From the IMG/VR virus record IMGVR_UViG_2648501160_000003, positions 7,251 to 71,250 of that record: a DNA stretch of 64,000 nt; one strand, 5' to 3'. Shown piece after piece: positions 30,021-40,621 of the stretch (position 1 is the first letter of the stretch; each line of letters opens with the position of its first letter). Under the pieces are notes generated by a model, which was given only the letters and a program-made list of their open reading frames with translations, was not told where the DNA came from and searched no databases. A program made the translations under genes and the position numbers. Origin of the DNA: a virus.

Positions 30021-31031
30021 TTATCTGTCAAGACTACGTTCATTTGACAGTGTCATGCCAAACTCTGAGGTAATGATGATTTGGTCTTCGCTAAATACTA
30101 TGTAGCTATCTATACCTGTATCCTCTACTTCGTTTTTATATATGATGCCATCTATGCCCATATCGAGGAATATTCTCTTTAGCTGAGAGTACTTTTCCTC
30201 TAGATTCGACTGTGACATGATTTTATCAACCTGAAATGAATCTAATTTTGCTTCTCTAGCAATATCTAAAGGAGACCAAACACCAAGATCGCTCATCCTT
30301 ATGGGGTTCCGTAAAATCAAGTTTGCACGTTTAATAACGGATTCTTTCACAAGCTTGGCAGCACAAGATGCAACATTGCGATCTTCTGTGGAAAGTATTG
30401 TTGTTCCATTAGCTAACACGTTGAATTGAGGCTTTTTACCAATATTTACAAGCATCTCATTATACTTGTCAGTTATTGGAAGATTTGTGTAGCTATCAAC
30501 CTCATGCTGAAGCTCTTCATCTGACAATGAATTAATAATGTCTACTATGCCAGGCTTTGGGTGTCGTAGTCTTGGTATGATTACAGCTTTAGCTTTTACC
30601 CTTAGATCTGTAGAATTTTCGTCGCCTACTCTTATCCCAAATGGACTTTCAGAAGAAAACTCTTCTCTTTCAATTGATACATCCATTCTTGGAATGCTTT
30701 TTAGTCGCTGCAATGCGGCTGACTTTGTTCCAAAATGAAAACCAATATCAGATGAATGCTCAAAGCTAGAGAAGAATTCATTAGTTCCGTGGTACACATT
30801 TCTAATGTTCGCTAACTTACAATTTTCCTTCCATTTTTCTATATAGTCATTGGCTATATTAGATAGGTTACAATATATTACTGGGTTATCAGCATTTCCA
30901 CCTACTATAAGATCATATCCGATGTCTTTAGCAAGCTCCTTTATTTCCTCTGATACCGCATTTTTTATGAATAAAACTTTTGGCGCTGTCACTTTAAATC
31001 TCCAGTTTTGCATGTGTACATTATACCACAC
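30021..31031 (-). CDS. hypothetical protein
   Basis: 336-aa ORF. Confidence 0.4.
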   Translation of the reverse strand: MWYNVHMQNWRFKVTAPKVLFIKNAVSEEIKELAKDIGYDLIVGGNADNPVIYCNLSNIANDYIEKWKENCKLANIRNVYHGTNEFFSSFEHSSDIGFHFGTKSAALQRLKSIPRMDVSIEREEFSSESPFGIRVGDENSTDLRVKAKAVIIPRLRHPKPGIVDIINSLSDEELQHEVDSYTNLPITDKYNEMLVNIGKKPQFNVLANGTTILSTEDRNVASCAAKLVKESVIKRANLILRNPIRMSDLGVWSPLDIAREAKLDSFQVDKIMSQSNLEEKYSQLKRIFLDMGIDGIIYKNEVEDTGIDSYIVFSEDQIIITSEFGMTLSNERSLDR

Positions 31032-31101
31032 CTGATTAAGTCACGGTAAAGCATTTACCTTAATTCTTAATAGTGTATTATGTGATAAAGAAAATCATGA
31101 A

Positions 31102-32295
31102 ATGGATATTAAAATGAAATCAGTATATATACATAGTAAGTTGTCAGAAGATAACGACTCTAAGCTATTAAAAAGGCTCTTTTCATCAAACAACAAAAAC
31201 AAGCTAGAGAAGATAGATAGTGAAGAAAACTCTATTTATGTCTATAGCAAAACTCCAGAATCAAAATACAGGGCTATTTCGTATGCGATATCAAAGTCGT
31301 ATTCAAGGCAGCTAGATGCGCACTTTATTCTAGATTTTAACACAGATACTGACTTATTGTTTTCAGTTGCATTAGCAGCGTCAAGAAACTGTTCTAACCC
31401 AAAGAATGTTTTTTTGTTTGATCATTCAATAAGCGATCCTTTTAAATCTCATAAAGTAAACGGATTACCTTATGTATCATTTACTTCATTATTATGTTCT
31501 GATAAATACTCAAAAACGACCAATCAGTGGCTAGACTCATTTAATTCTCCACAAAGGGAGTTCCCTTTGCTTCTATCTGAGAATGAAGAAATTACAGATG
31601 TCGAGAAAATTGATATATTCAAAAATTATCTGGTTTTAAAAAATGAAAATATATCATCTTCATACTTTAATGAAAGTAATGAATCATGGGGTTATACTTT
31701 AAATGAATCTAAATCAATATATTTTATCCGAATGCCTTCATCAATAGAAGATTATGAAAAAAGAGATTTAATTAATCTAATGATTATTAACTTGATTGAA
31801 AGATTATCTAGAGTTAATGATTTGAAGATAGGATTAACTATTTATGGTTTTGATAGAGTTAGAAATCCACATTTAGAAAAGTCAGTCATTGATCTTAAGA
31901 CTCAATCAAAAACATTTATTGAGAGCGATATTGTATTAAGCGATGAGGAATACAATTCAATATTTTTTGATAGATTGATGGCAACCAGACCAGAAATACT
32001 TTTCGATAGTGTTGATGAGGTTCGTTTTATTAAATCTTGTGATAGATTGATGGCAGCCAGACCAGAAAGGCTTCTCGATAGGGTTGATGAGGTTTGCTTT
32101 ATTAAAAATCTTAACTTACCATGTTTATTCACACGTAATTCTATTGTAAAGCTCTATAAAAACGCCAATGATGCGGAAAAGTCAGTGTATAATATAAGCA
32201 AAATTAAAGAGTCAAAAATTCCTGTATATGACCCTAGAAATGCATATCTAAAGTTATTGACACCTATAGATCAGAATGAAGTAATAGAGTTATAA
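31102..32295 (+). CDS. hypothetical protein with internal 24-aa tandem repeat
   Basis: 397-aa ORF. Contains DRLMATRPEILFDSVDEVRFIKSC / DRLMAARPERLLDRVDEVCFIKNL. Confidence 0.4.
   Translation: MDIKMKSVYIHSKLSEDNDSKLLKRLFSSNNKNKLEKIDSEENSIYVYSKTPESKYRAISYAISKSYSRQLDAHFILDFNTDTDLLFSVALAASRNCSNPKNVFLFDHSISDPFKSHKVNGLPYVSFTSLLCSDKYSKTTNQWLDSFNSPQREFPLLLSENEEITDVEKIDIFKNYLVLKNENISSSYFNESNESWGYTLNESKSIYFIRMPSSIEDYEKRDLINLMIINLIERLSRVNDLKIGLTIYGFDRVRNPHLEKSVIDLKTQSKTFIESDIVLSDEEYNSIFFDRLMATRPEILFDSVDEVRFIKSCDRLMAARPERLLDRVDEVCFIKNLNLPCLFTRNSIVKLYKNANDAEKSVYNISKIKESKIPVYDPRNAYLKLLTPIDQNEVIEL
31969..32112. repeat. 2 x 72-bp in-frame tandem repeat
   Basis: The repeat beginning GATAGATTGATGGCA[A/G]CCAGACCAGAAA... 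occurs twice back to back at about 85% identity. Confidence 0.7.
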
Positions 32296-32333
32296 ATTGA
32301 AGCCTTTAACCTGATGGTTAAAGGCTTTTATTA

Positions 32334-32639
32334 TTAACAATGTAATTCAACTAGCTCATTCCATTCTGGATCATCATCAAACCAACCGTTACCGTCAAGA
32401 TCTAGCCCTGCCATATCTAGTTCATACAATATCTTACATGAAGAAATTTTGATTGCATCGTCACCATCTAAGTTTATCAGTTCGGATAAATCTGTTGGGT
32501 TATCAGCCCATCCATTACCATAAACAGATAACCCTTCATCTTCTAAGAGATCATAAATTTTTTCACTAATAACATCTTTTTGGACGTTTTCATGTGAGTT
32601 TTTCTTGATTAGCTCTTCAACTTTACTTCTTAAGTTCAT
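32334..32639 (-). CDS. small highly acidic protein with internal duplication
   Basis: 101 aa, rich in D/E, with repeated GNGW-x-D-x-P-x-x-ELI/V-xLD blocks. Confidence 0.4.
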   Translation of the reverse strand: MNLRSKVEELIKKNSHENVQKDVISEKIYDLLEDEGLSVYGNGWADNPTDLSELINLDGDDAIKISSCKILYELDMAGLDLDGNGWFDDDPEWNELVELHC

Positions 32640-32668
32640 TTTTATTAATCCATGCTTTGATATGATTT

Positions 32669-33322
32669 TTAATTAACACAATATTGTACACCAGTTACAT
32701 TTTCTATCCATTGAGCGACTTCATCAGTACAGACTGGTGTGAAAGAGGTTCTTCTCTCTGCTTCTTTCAGAGGTATTGAGCCTTGACTAAGCTCAACACT
32801 CCAGATAATAGATTGATTAATTCCTATTAATTCTTGGTTTGAATTATATACGGCTCCGCCAGACATTCCAGACCAAACAGGCGCGTTGCTTAAACCTAGT
32901 GTACAGTTATTTACCGTTAAGTATTGTAAGAACTCACCATTGCTTTTAGATGGGATTGCCAAAAAGCTTCCATACCCTTTATGAGTGACTTTCTCATTCT
33001 CATTTGCTAGTTTGAAATTTGCTGGGGCATCGATTTCTCCCTTGTCCTTGATTAGAGCAATATCGCAAAACGGATGTTCATAAACATCATCAAAAACAAT
33101 AAAAAATGCGTTATGTTTTGCGGTTAGAAGCCAATTTTCATCAATTCTTACTGCACTACCTTGCATTGCTAATACACCTGGAAAACCTAGAAATTTAAGA
33201 TCAACATTATCCATTTCTGTGGTTGGTGTAACTAAACCATTACCTGCACAACCTGCAAGAATAGAGCATGAAATGATTGGTATAGTATTTATTATACTTC
33301 TTAATTTTTTTTTAATTTTCAT
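32669..33322 (-). CDS. trypsin-like (S1) serine protease lipoprotein
   Basis: Lipobox LAGC in the signal peptide. Catalytic His in LTAKHNAF, Asp in CDIALIKD, Ser in GMSGGAVY. Confidence 0.6.
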   Translation of the reverse strand: MKIKKKLRSIINTIPIISCSILAGCAGNGLVTPTTEMDNVDLKFLGFPGVLAMQGSAVRIDENWLLTAKHNAFFIVFDDVYEHPFCDIALIKDKGEIDAPANFKLANENEKVTHKGYGSFLAIPSKSNGEFLQYLTVNNCTLGLSNAPVWSGMSGGAVYNSNQELIGINQSIIWSVELSQGSIPLKEAERRTSFTPVCTDEVAQWIENVTGVQYCVN

Positions 33323-33512
33323 AACCAGACTTTGTGTTGCGTATTTTTAATCCAATTATATTCCTAAAATATAATATTAAAAGCATTTTCTTTCTATTTT
33401 TTAATCACTTAAATATTTCCTAAAGAATATTGCTCAATTCGATTTATCGAGTTCTTTATTTTCAATGGGTTATCTGGTAAGTTATTATTCTAAATAAAAA
33501 ATGAGTTAAATA

Positions 33513-33848
33513 ATGCGACGAAAAAGTAAAATGAAATATCCTCTCTCAGGTGGTTATTATATTAATAAAGAAAATGATTCTCAGTTTAAGGTTAGAACCG
33601 TACTCTTCCACAAGCTATATAGAGTGTTTATCGAAAACAACAAGATTAGCATAGAAGAAACTCTAAATGATGGAACTATCGAACACGTTGGTGAGTTTAC
33701 AACTTCAGATTTTCTCAATCAGCTAACACCCTCAATCCCTATTGAATCTTCCTTCAGTAATCCAGAAATTGCAATGGCAGTACACCTTGCTATTCATGGA
33801 ATCCTGAGCGGTAAAGACTCACATGAGCGCATTGAAGGTTGGGTATGA
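33513..33848 (+). CDS. hypothetical protein
   Basis: 111-aa ORF. Confidence 0.35.
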   Translation: MRRKSKMKYPLSGGYYINKENDSQFKVRTVLFHKLYRVFIENNKISIEETLNDGTIEHVGEFTTSDFLNQLTPSIPIESSFSNPEIAMAVHLAIHGILSGKDSHERIEGWV

Positions 33849-33883
33849 AAAAGCCGCTCTAAGAGCGGCTCAAATCCAATAGC

Positions 33884-34783
33884 TTACGCTTTTTCATTGT
33901 AGATATTTCTTGATATCCCATCTGGAAACAGGGAAAGGAAAATAGACTCTTCTTCAGCAACTTTACATAACCCAAGCTCATGCTGAGTACTGAGGAACTC
34001 ATTAGGATCGTACTTTAAAACGTGTGTTAACGGTGTATAGTGGTATGACTTTTCACCCTTAATGATGCCAACAGCATGAGTTCTTTCAATATTCATATCC
34101 TGAACATCCACCACCGCAACTTGAGGAAGAAATTGTCTATTGTGAGCATGGTCATTGAACTCAATTTTGAATTCATGTCCTTTGTTGATGCTCTGTACGT
34201 GGTAAACAACAATGTCCTTTCGTGTAAACATTAAGTCTGAAAGGCTTAGATACGAACTTTCTAGATGTACGAGTGTTCCATACGCATAACGTAAATCTGG
34301 ATTATTCAACCTAATCGTTATCGAACGGTTTTTCTCATCAATATTTGTGACCAAAAAAAGGTTAGGAATCTCATAATTGTCTGCATAATTAATAATTTCT
34401 TCTGAGGCTTCTTTTAGACGATCAATAGATTCGTCAATAGCGGGATACCAGGATATCATTTCGATATACTTCAGGATTTCACCTTTAGCACTGTTATCAA
34501 TTTCCCCAAGTAGCGTTCTCTTGATCGAGTCCCTAATGTTTCGCCATTCTGAATTGGATTCCGCACAAAAACAGTCCATGAAAATTGGGGTTTCATTCTT
34601 TTTAGCATCAGCACTCAAATCGTTGAACGATCCAAATTTCAAGCCAACAGCAATACGATCTTGCAGCTCATTTAACTTTAGGGTTAACAATGGTTCATAT
34701 TGATGAAATTTGATTGCTTTTCTAAGTAGTTGAATACCACGTTTCAATGCAGGGATTTGAGAAGTTGAGTAGGATTTACGCAT
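33884..34783 (-). CDS. hypothetical protein
   Basis: 299-aa ORF. Confidence 0.4.
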   Translation of the reverse strand: MRKSYSTSQIPALKRGIQLLRKAIKFHQYEPLLTLKLNELQDRIAVGLKFGSFNDLSADAKKNETPIFMDCFCAESNSEWRNIRDSIKRTLLGEIDNSAKGEILKYIEMISWYPAIDESIDRLKEASEEIINYADNYEIPNLFLVTNIDEKNRSITIRLNNPDLRYAYGTLVHLESSYLSLSDLMFTRKDIVVYHVQSINKGHEFKIEFNDHAHNRQFLPQVAVVDVQDMNIERTHAVGIIKGEKSYHYTPLTHVLKYDPNEFLSTQHELGLCKVAEEESIFLSLFPDGISRNIYNEKA

Positions 34784-35159
34784 TTCAATACCTTTTAGCT
34801 ATGCGCGGCATTTTGATTTATACAGTTGCTAAGGAAACCGAAAGCCGCTAAATAAAAGATATAAAACGACTATTTAATGAACTTTGTATTCGCTATCATT
34901 CACTGACACCTTAACGCTAGACTTGTTCTAAAGCCTGTGAACATAATATAATGTAACAATCAAAAGTCAACACAAAGAAAGAATAAATTGAATGAAATCA
35001 AGAAGATTATTGATGAATTTGAGGATAATCAATCAATCTCATTAAGAAAATTAGAATTGTTGGCATCAGAGTCTAGAGAGACTATCAAGCCTGTATAGAG
35101 TAGGCTTGTTATATCGAAAATTCTTTTTGGTTTGGTGTGTTAAGGGCAACCATGTGAAA

Positions 35160-35399
35160 TTAATGTTCTTGTCCGCATGGGCAAGAGTACCATCCCGCTT
35201 TATCTGGAGTCATATCAGGCTCAACTTCCATCTTGTCTGAAAGGAACATTGCTGCTTCAATAATAATATCAGATATTGAAGGTTTATACTCAACAGAGTA
35301 GTCGCCATGAGCTGCGACAGCGGCATCGGCTTTATAAGATGGCAAGTGAGTCCATAGGTCGTATCCAGCATTCTCCTGACGGTCAAAGTCCTTTGCCAA
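35160..35399 (-). CDS. hypothetical small protein
   Basis: 79-aa ORF with a CPCGQEH C-terminus. Confidence 0.3.
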   Translation of the reverse strand: MAKDFDRQENAGYDLWTHLPSYKADAAVAAHGDYSVEYKPSISDIIIEAAMFLSDKMEVEPDMTPDKAGWYSCPCGQEH

Positions 35400-35479
35400 G
35401 TCAGAAAATTGATTTTTAGCTTCTTGACCAGATTCGTCAAGTCTTTTAACAGTATCGACATTTTTCCATTATCTAATCC

Positions 35480-35746
35480 TTAGATATTTTTCAATTCAGG
35501 AGGTAGATTCGCTATGACAGCTTGTTCTCTTCCATGTACGGTGCTCAGATCAAACTTCGGTCTTTTTGAAAGTTCCGAAATTTGATCCTGTTGAATACAG
35601 TACAGCTCTGCAAGCTCTTTTACAACATCCTCAATATTTTCTGATTTCAATTGACAATTCAATGAGTTGTCTTCAGCTCTTGAGATCGTTATTTTGTCTG
35701 TGTTTAAAACTATGCTCTGTGATTTTGCGATTGTAATTGAAGACAT
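35480..35746 (-). CDS. hypothetical small protein
   Basis: 88-aa ORF. Confidence 0.3.
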   Translation of the reverse strand: MSSITIAKSQSIVLNTDKITISRAEDNSLNCQLKSENIEDVVKELAELYCIQQDQISELSKRPKFDLSTVHGREQAVIANLPPELKNI

Positions 35747-35759
35747 TTATTACCCTTAA

Positions 35760-36602
35760 TTATTTATGTTTTCTACGTTTTTTAGTTCCTGGTCTTGTTT
35801 TGAACGATTTACCATCAAAACCTTTTGCATCTCTCAAGTGCTCATCTGCAATTTGAATAATTTCTTCCTGAGTTGAACCTAGAACTCCACAGCAAAACAT
35901 TTCAATCTCTTGGTAAGCTTGCTGAGGGTAAAATTGCTTTTGGAATTGTAGTAATCTCAGGTTTGTATTGGTTTCAATATTCAATGAGCATGACTGGAAA
36001 TTATAGTTAATTCGATGTACTTTTAGGTATGGCGTATTGTAGTTTACAAGCAATTGGCGATAGAAATCACTATCATTTGTAGGTTTAAAAGCATTGAAAA
36101 TTCGCTCAATGATATCAAGCCAATATACTTCGCCATAATCTGTATTCTTGAAAGCGCCAAGATTGCTAATATTGGTGATAAATCGCTTTGCCGATACAGA
36201 GTCGTAAAAGGTTAGATAAGGCATTTTTCGCTCTGATTTAACGCCATTTAGCGACATGTATTCAATGACCTTTTCAAATCCAGTTCTAGCAGTATTGAAT
36301 TGATGAAATGCTTCACTACAGAATGTGATTAACGGGTAATTCTTTCCGCAAAAAATCAAAACTCCGATGTCAATAAAGGGATCAGGGTATCTAGTCCCAT
36401 AATGATTACTTCTTGTGATATCGCGGAAAATTTTTCTAAGTTCCTTTGCTTCAAGTTGCATTAACTTGCAGATAACTTCAATCGCTGGCTCTTCCTGTAG
36501 CAGGTGCGTTTTCTTATTACGTGCAAAGACGTAGCTATCATCTGACTGACCAAAAGCTGTACAAGAATCGTAATAGTCACTATCTTTAGAAATGATTTTC
36601 AT
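35760..36602 (-). CDS. hypothetical protein with basic C-terminal tail
   Basis: 280-aa ORF ending KTRPGTKKRRKHK. Confidence 0.4.
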   Translation of the reverse strand: MKIISKDSDYYDSCTAFGQSDDSYVFARNKKTHLLQEEPAIEVICKLMQLEAKELRKIFRDITRSNHYGTRYPDPFIDIGVLIFCGKNYPLITFCSEAFHQFNTARTGFEKVIEYMSLNGVKSERKMPYLTFYDSVSAKRFITNISNLGAFKNTDYGEVYWLDIIERIFNAFKPTNDSDFYRQLLVNYNTPYLKVHRINYNFQSCSLNIETNTNLRLLQFQKQFYPQQAYQEIEMFCCGVLGSTQEEIIQIADEHLRDAKGFDGKSFKTRPGTKKRRKHK

Positions 36603-36976
36603 TTTTAAATTCCTTATTAATTGTTCTTATTATACACGCCGCGCATCAGTCGTCAATTTGTTTTACAAATAAAAACCCTCTTGCTTTAAGAGGGATTGAT
36701 GTTTATTTCTCTATCTTAAAAGGCACTCTTAGAGACTTGGCAGTTTGAGCAACATGAGAAAGTGGAGATCCATTTTTCACTATAATTGCAGCAGCGTTCA
36801 TGCAATTGTAGGAGAGTAATAAACAATCATACTCACACCACTAGAAACGAAGATAGATCAATGAGCGTTTGATGGATTCAGGAAAAACAGATTCATACTG
36901 AAATAACTATCAACGTAGGAACTACATAATTAATTATTAATAAAGATTCATACTCGATTAGATAGGACGATATTTT

Positions 36977-37261
36977 ATGAAAAAATCGGAATTCAACTGT
37001 CCTGAGTGCGGCAGTGCGATCAAGGCTTGGGCTGATGTTGATGCACAAATGAGCTTTGTTATTTCTAAAACAGGCAAGTTAACCAAACAGGTGATCGAAA
37101 ACAGCTTTCAATCAGATGGTCGCTGCGGCGTAGAGTGTACTGAATGTGACTGGAATCTTCATTCTGATGATATGGAAGATAATCACCCGTTTCATGCTCT
37201 TGCATTGGAAGCATTAGAGCGACAAAGCATGATTGATGAATTTTCGAAAAAGCGTAATTAG
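36977..37261 (+). CDS. small zinc-ribbon protein
   Basis: CPECG...CTECDW pair of CxxC motifs in 94 aa. Confidence 0.4.
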   Translation: MKKSEFNCPECGSAIKAWADVDAQMSFVISKTGKLTKQVIENSFQSDGRCGVECTECDWNLHSDDMEDNHPFHALALEALERQSMIDEFSKKRN

Positions 37262-37293
37262 TATGATTCTATATTACTAAGTATGCATCTTTA

Positions 37294-40200
37294 TTACTTA
37301 GTGTGATGCATTAATACTCTCCTACAGCAATTCATCATATATGAGATAGGTATAAAATCATCTTTAATCACAGCCCTTACCTGATCGGTTTCGGAAAGCA
37401 TTAAGAACTCATCAACAGAATATGTTTCACCAGAAAATGAACCTTCTACTACGACTATCATTTCATTCATATTATTAGTTTCAGTGGTATCTTCAATGAA
37501 GATTTTTTCATCCAGTTGTGAAATTGTACTACCAGCTACTCGACTAATATCTATAAACTCTGAGCAAAGTTCATTTCTCAGCCTAATCAAAGCAATAGAT
37601 ACGATTAAGTGCAATACATCTTTATATGTTGTGGAACTCAAGTTACTATTTTCTGTACTTACTTGTACAGGCTTATCAGCGAGATCATATCCTGGCAATT
37701 CACCAAACTTAGAAACCGCACTGGTAACGCAATTCAGTATGATACTGTCTCGAACTGTTTCAAAGAGTATACTGCTACCACTAAAGTACAAAGTTATGAT
37801 TGGGTCAATAATCTGTTTAATCAAATTAACCTTAGCATTTATAGTGATCGAGTTAGACAGGTCAATTTCAGACAATTCTTTAGTGATCGCGACAAGACGG
37901 GTTTGTGTCGCAATATAGCTTAAACTTTGGTTAGGCTCGACAACCTTAAGCATTGACATGCTTCCCTTTGCCAAGACAATCCTACCTTCACTCAGGCTGC
38001 TCAATACAGATGCCCCTAAAATAGATGAACTCTCATTAAACACAACAGAGTATCGACCATTCAATGCATTACGCGTCTGTTCGTGAGAATATTCTACACA
38101 TTGATGTCTAACTTGAAAAATTTCAATTTTTCCAAATCTGGTAATGCCAAATTCAACTATTACTGGAAAACCTTCAATAGCTTCGATTTCTTTCAGTTTT
38201 TTGAGTAATCTAGCCTTTGTAATTTTTGAATCTGACCAATTCTTGCAGTTACCTGCCCTATCTATTTCATAGTAAGAGCTAGAAGTCCCAAGCGTAACCG
38301 AATCATTAGCGCCCAAGGATATTCCAACTAACCCTATGTTTGTACCAATTGACTGCATTACACCTTTAAGTATTGTCTCCACGTAAGGAACAAGCCAAAA
38401 TTGGATATCATCTTGCTTTAGCAAGATGTTTGCATCCTTAATAGCTGCATCATAGACTTGCATTGCGTCTTCTTTTCCGCTTATCAAGTAACTTTCAAAT
38501 TTTCCAGAAACGTCCATTTCTTCTTTAGTTAAATGATTAGATCTCAACAGATATTTTTTGTTTTTTATATGTCGAAGTAAGTCCTCCTTGTTTTCAATTA
38601 TCCAGCCAGCTTTACAGTTTGCAAGATGCTTTACTGTTAATAGATATTTCTCACCTATACGAGCCTTATCTTCTTTAACTTTCTTACAGCTAAATGCAAT
38701 GGCAAGAACACCACCTATTGAATAGAATGAAAGCACGTAATTAATCATACTACTTACACTTATGAAGCTATAAGCTAGCCAGTACGCGATAAGAGAAAAT
38801 ATCGCATATTTGCACTTATCTGTGGTCACATAAATGTACGTTGCTAACAGTGGTGCAGCAAATAACACACCAAAAATCTCTAAATCTATCAACTTAGGAT
38901 TCAAGTGGAAAAAGTTTACAAGAATGTATGAAATTACAATAAAACCAATACTTGATGTTTTAGAAACATTTCCGTTTTTAGATACCGATAAAGCACCAAA
39001 AATCAGGCTAATAACTATCAACGCATAAATATTAATCTCTCTGTCTTTATCTAAAAACTCATAGTTTATAACTGATAGTAGTTTAGTTAACGGCTGAAGA
39101 ATATTGTCATCGTAACTAGCTATATGCTCACCATTTATAACTGATCTTTCAAATGCTCCAAAGTACATAGAGTAATGGTAAGTGAATCCTTTGAATTTAA
39201 ATCCGTTGTCAGCAAGATTCTTAGCTAAAAGTTTTCCTAATAATGAACTGAACAGATCATGCGAGGCTATAACCAATTTATCATTTTTGTATCTTTTCAA
39301 TGGTTCAAGGTTAACTAGCAAAGAACCATTTAAACTGAAAATGTTTAGTTTCGATGCGTTGATAGAATTGTCTCTACCCATTGTGTCAACGCATTGATCA
39401 GTAAAACAAATGTAAGTAAAATAATCGAAATTGCTATAGCTTCTAGCATGAATCTCTATAGGTGAATAAAATCTATTTTCATTTATATGTGATTTCGTTA
39501 CAACAGGGTCATCACTTCTTAATGAAATCTCACGGATTAATTCAGAATTGCTTGTAACATAAAAATCCTTAACCCCTGTTTGCTCTGAAAGAATATTCAG
39601 TAAACCATTCTTATAATTGTAAAAACTCTCAGAGCTTGAAAAGTTATCATTTTTATTTATTAAAACAATCGTTTTTTTGTTTCGATTAATCTTGGTAGAT
39701 ATTGAAGACCAGTATTTATCTCCATACGCGTAAGCTAGATCTACATCTAAATAAATCATATCTTCTTTATATATCTGAGAAATAGAAGAAATGAATCTAG
39801 AGGCTACAATAATATTAAAATCATCGAGAAGCTTTGCTCTTCTCGCATTAAATTTTTCAATAATCGGAAAATCATAATCTTCAAAGTCATATTCTCTGAA
39901 ATTTTTGGCGCAAGTTTTTTGCTCACAATTAAATGTTGCCAACTCAGGCTTAACTAACATAACTCTGGCATTTGCATTCTTAGCCACCATCTCACCGAAA
40001 TCGAGTAAGGTTTGATAGGAGTGCGATCTTAATAATACATAGTCAAACTTATTAGCATTAATGTAATCAATAGCTTTGTTGTACTCAGCGTAACCATATG
40101 TATTATTGTTATTTAAGTAAATATTTCGGACATCTTGAATTTTTATTAAGCTTACTCGCTTACCAGAGTTGATGACTTCAGGAACCATTGCTATAGGTAA

Positions 40201-40506
40201 GAACTTGTCGGAGTTGATTTGAACACTTTTACTTGATTCGAAATATTTTTGCTTTAAGCTGAATTTTTCTACTCTATGATCGACTACGTTTTCAAAGATG
40301 AAATAAGTAAGTAGCACCAACATTCCAACCATTGCAAAAAGCATGTGTTTCTTATTTCTTATACCCACCCCACCAGAAACAATAGCAAGAAGTATTGGAA
40401 CTAAATAGCCAATGCTGTTGATCGCCATAATCGGAAATGCGGAAGCGTTAAAGCTTACTGCCAATAGAGAGCTTCCTGCAATGACGTTGCGTAAGACTGT
40501 ATTCAT
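37294..40506 (-). CDS. large polytopic membrane protein of unknown function
   Basis: 1070-aa ORF with N-terminal and central clusters of hydrophobic helices. Confidence 0.45.
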   Translation of the reverse strand: MNTVLRNVIAGSSLLAVSFNASAFPIMAINSIGYLVPILLAIVSGGVGIRNKKHMLFAMVGMLVLLTYFIFENVVDHRVEKFSLKQKYFESSKSVQINSDKFLPIAMVPEVINSGKRVSLIKIQDVRNIYLNNNNTYGYAEYNKAIDYINANKFDYVLLRSHSYQTLLDFGEMVAKNANARVMLVKPELATFNCEQKTCAKNFREYDFEDYDFPIIEKFNARRAKLLDDFNIIVASRFISSISQIYKEDMIYLDVDLAYAYGDKYWSSISTKINRNKKTIVLINKNDNFSSSESFYNYKNGLLNILSEQTGVKDFYVTSNSELIREISLRSDDPVVTKSHINENRFYSPIEIHARSYSNFDYFTYICFTDQCVDTMGRDNSINASKLNIFSLNGSLLVNLEPLKRYKNDKLVIASHDLFSSLLGKLLAKNLADNGFKFKGFTYHYSMYFGAFERSVINGEHIASYDDNILQPLTKLLSVINYEFLDKDREINIYALIVISLIFGALSVSKNGNVSKTSSIGFIVISYILVNFFHLNPKLIDLEIFGVLFAAPLLATYIYVTTDKCKYAIFSLIAYWLAYSFISVSSMINYVLSFYSIGGVLAIAFSCKKVKEDKARIGEKYLLTVKHLANCKAGWIIENKEDLLRHIKNKKYLLRSNHLTKEEMDVSGKFESYLISGKEDAMQVYDAAIKDANILLKQDDIQFWLVPYVETILKGVMQSIGTNIGLVGISLGANDSVTLGTSSSYYEIDRAGNCKNWSDSKITKARLLKKLKEIEAIEGFPVIVEFGITRFGKIEIFQVRHQCVEYSHEQTRNALNGRYSVVFNESSSILGASVLSSLSEGRIVLAKGSMSMLKVVEPNQSLSYIATQTRLVAITKELSEIDLSNSITINAKVNLIKQIIDPIITLYFSGSSILFETVRDSIILNCVTSAVSKFGELPGYDLADKPVQVSTENSNLSSTTYKDVLHLIVSIALIRLRNELCSEFIDISRVAGSTISQLDEKIFIEDTTETNNMNEMIVVVEGSFSGETYSVDEFLMLSETDQVRAVIKDDFIPISYMMNCCRRVLMHHTK

Positions 40507-40621
40507 AAGTTGATAATGTATTTATTGATATTTAAATTGGAATTCATCGAAATATAACACATAAATTCATAAAAAAAGAGGGCATAAAGCCCTCAATATC
40601 AATATTATTTTTGTCCACTTA

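Noticed and set aside
37484-37923. Plus-strand ORFs (144 and 104 aa) inside the 1070-aa minus-strand gene, and similar antisense ORFs in polA (20482..20694, 21050..21320) and in the 949-aa gene
   Set aside because: These are shadow ORFs on the strand opposite long, well-supported genes, with low-complexity composition.
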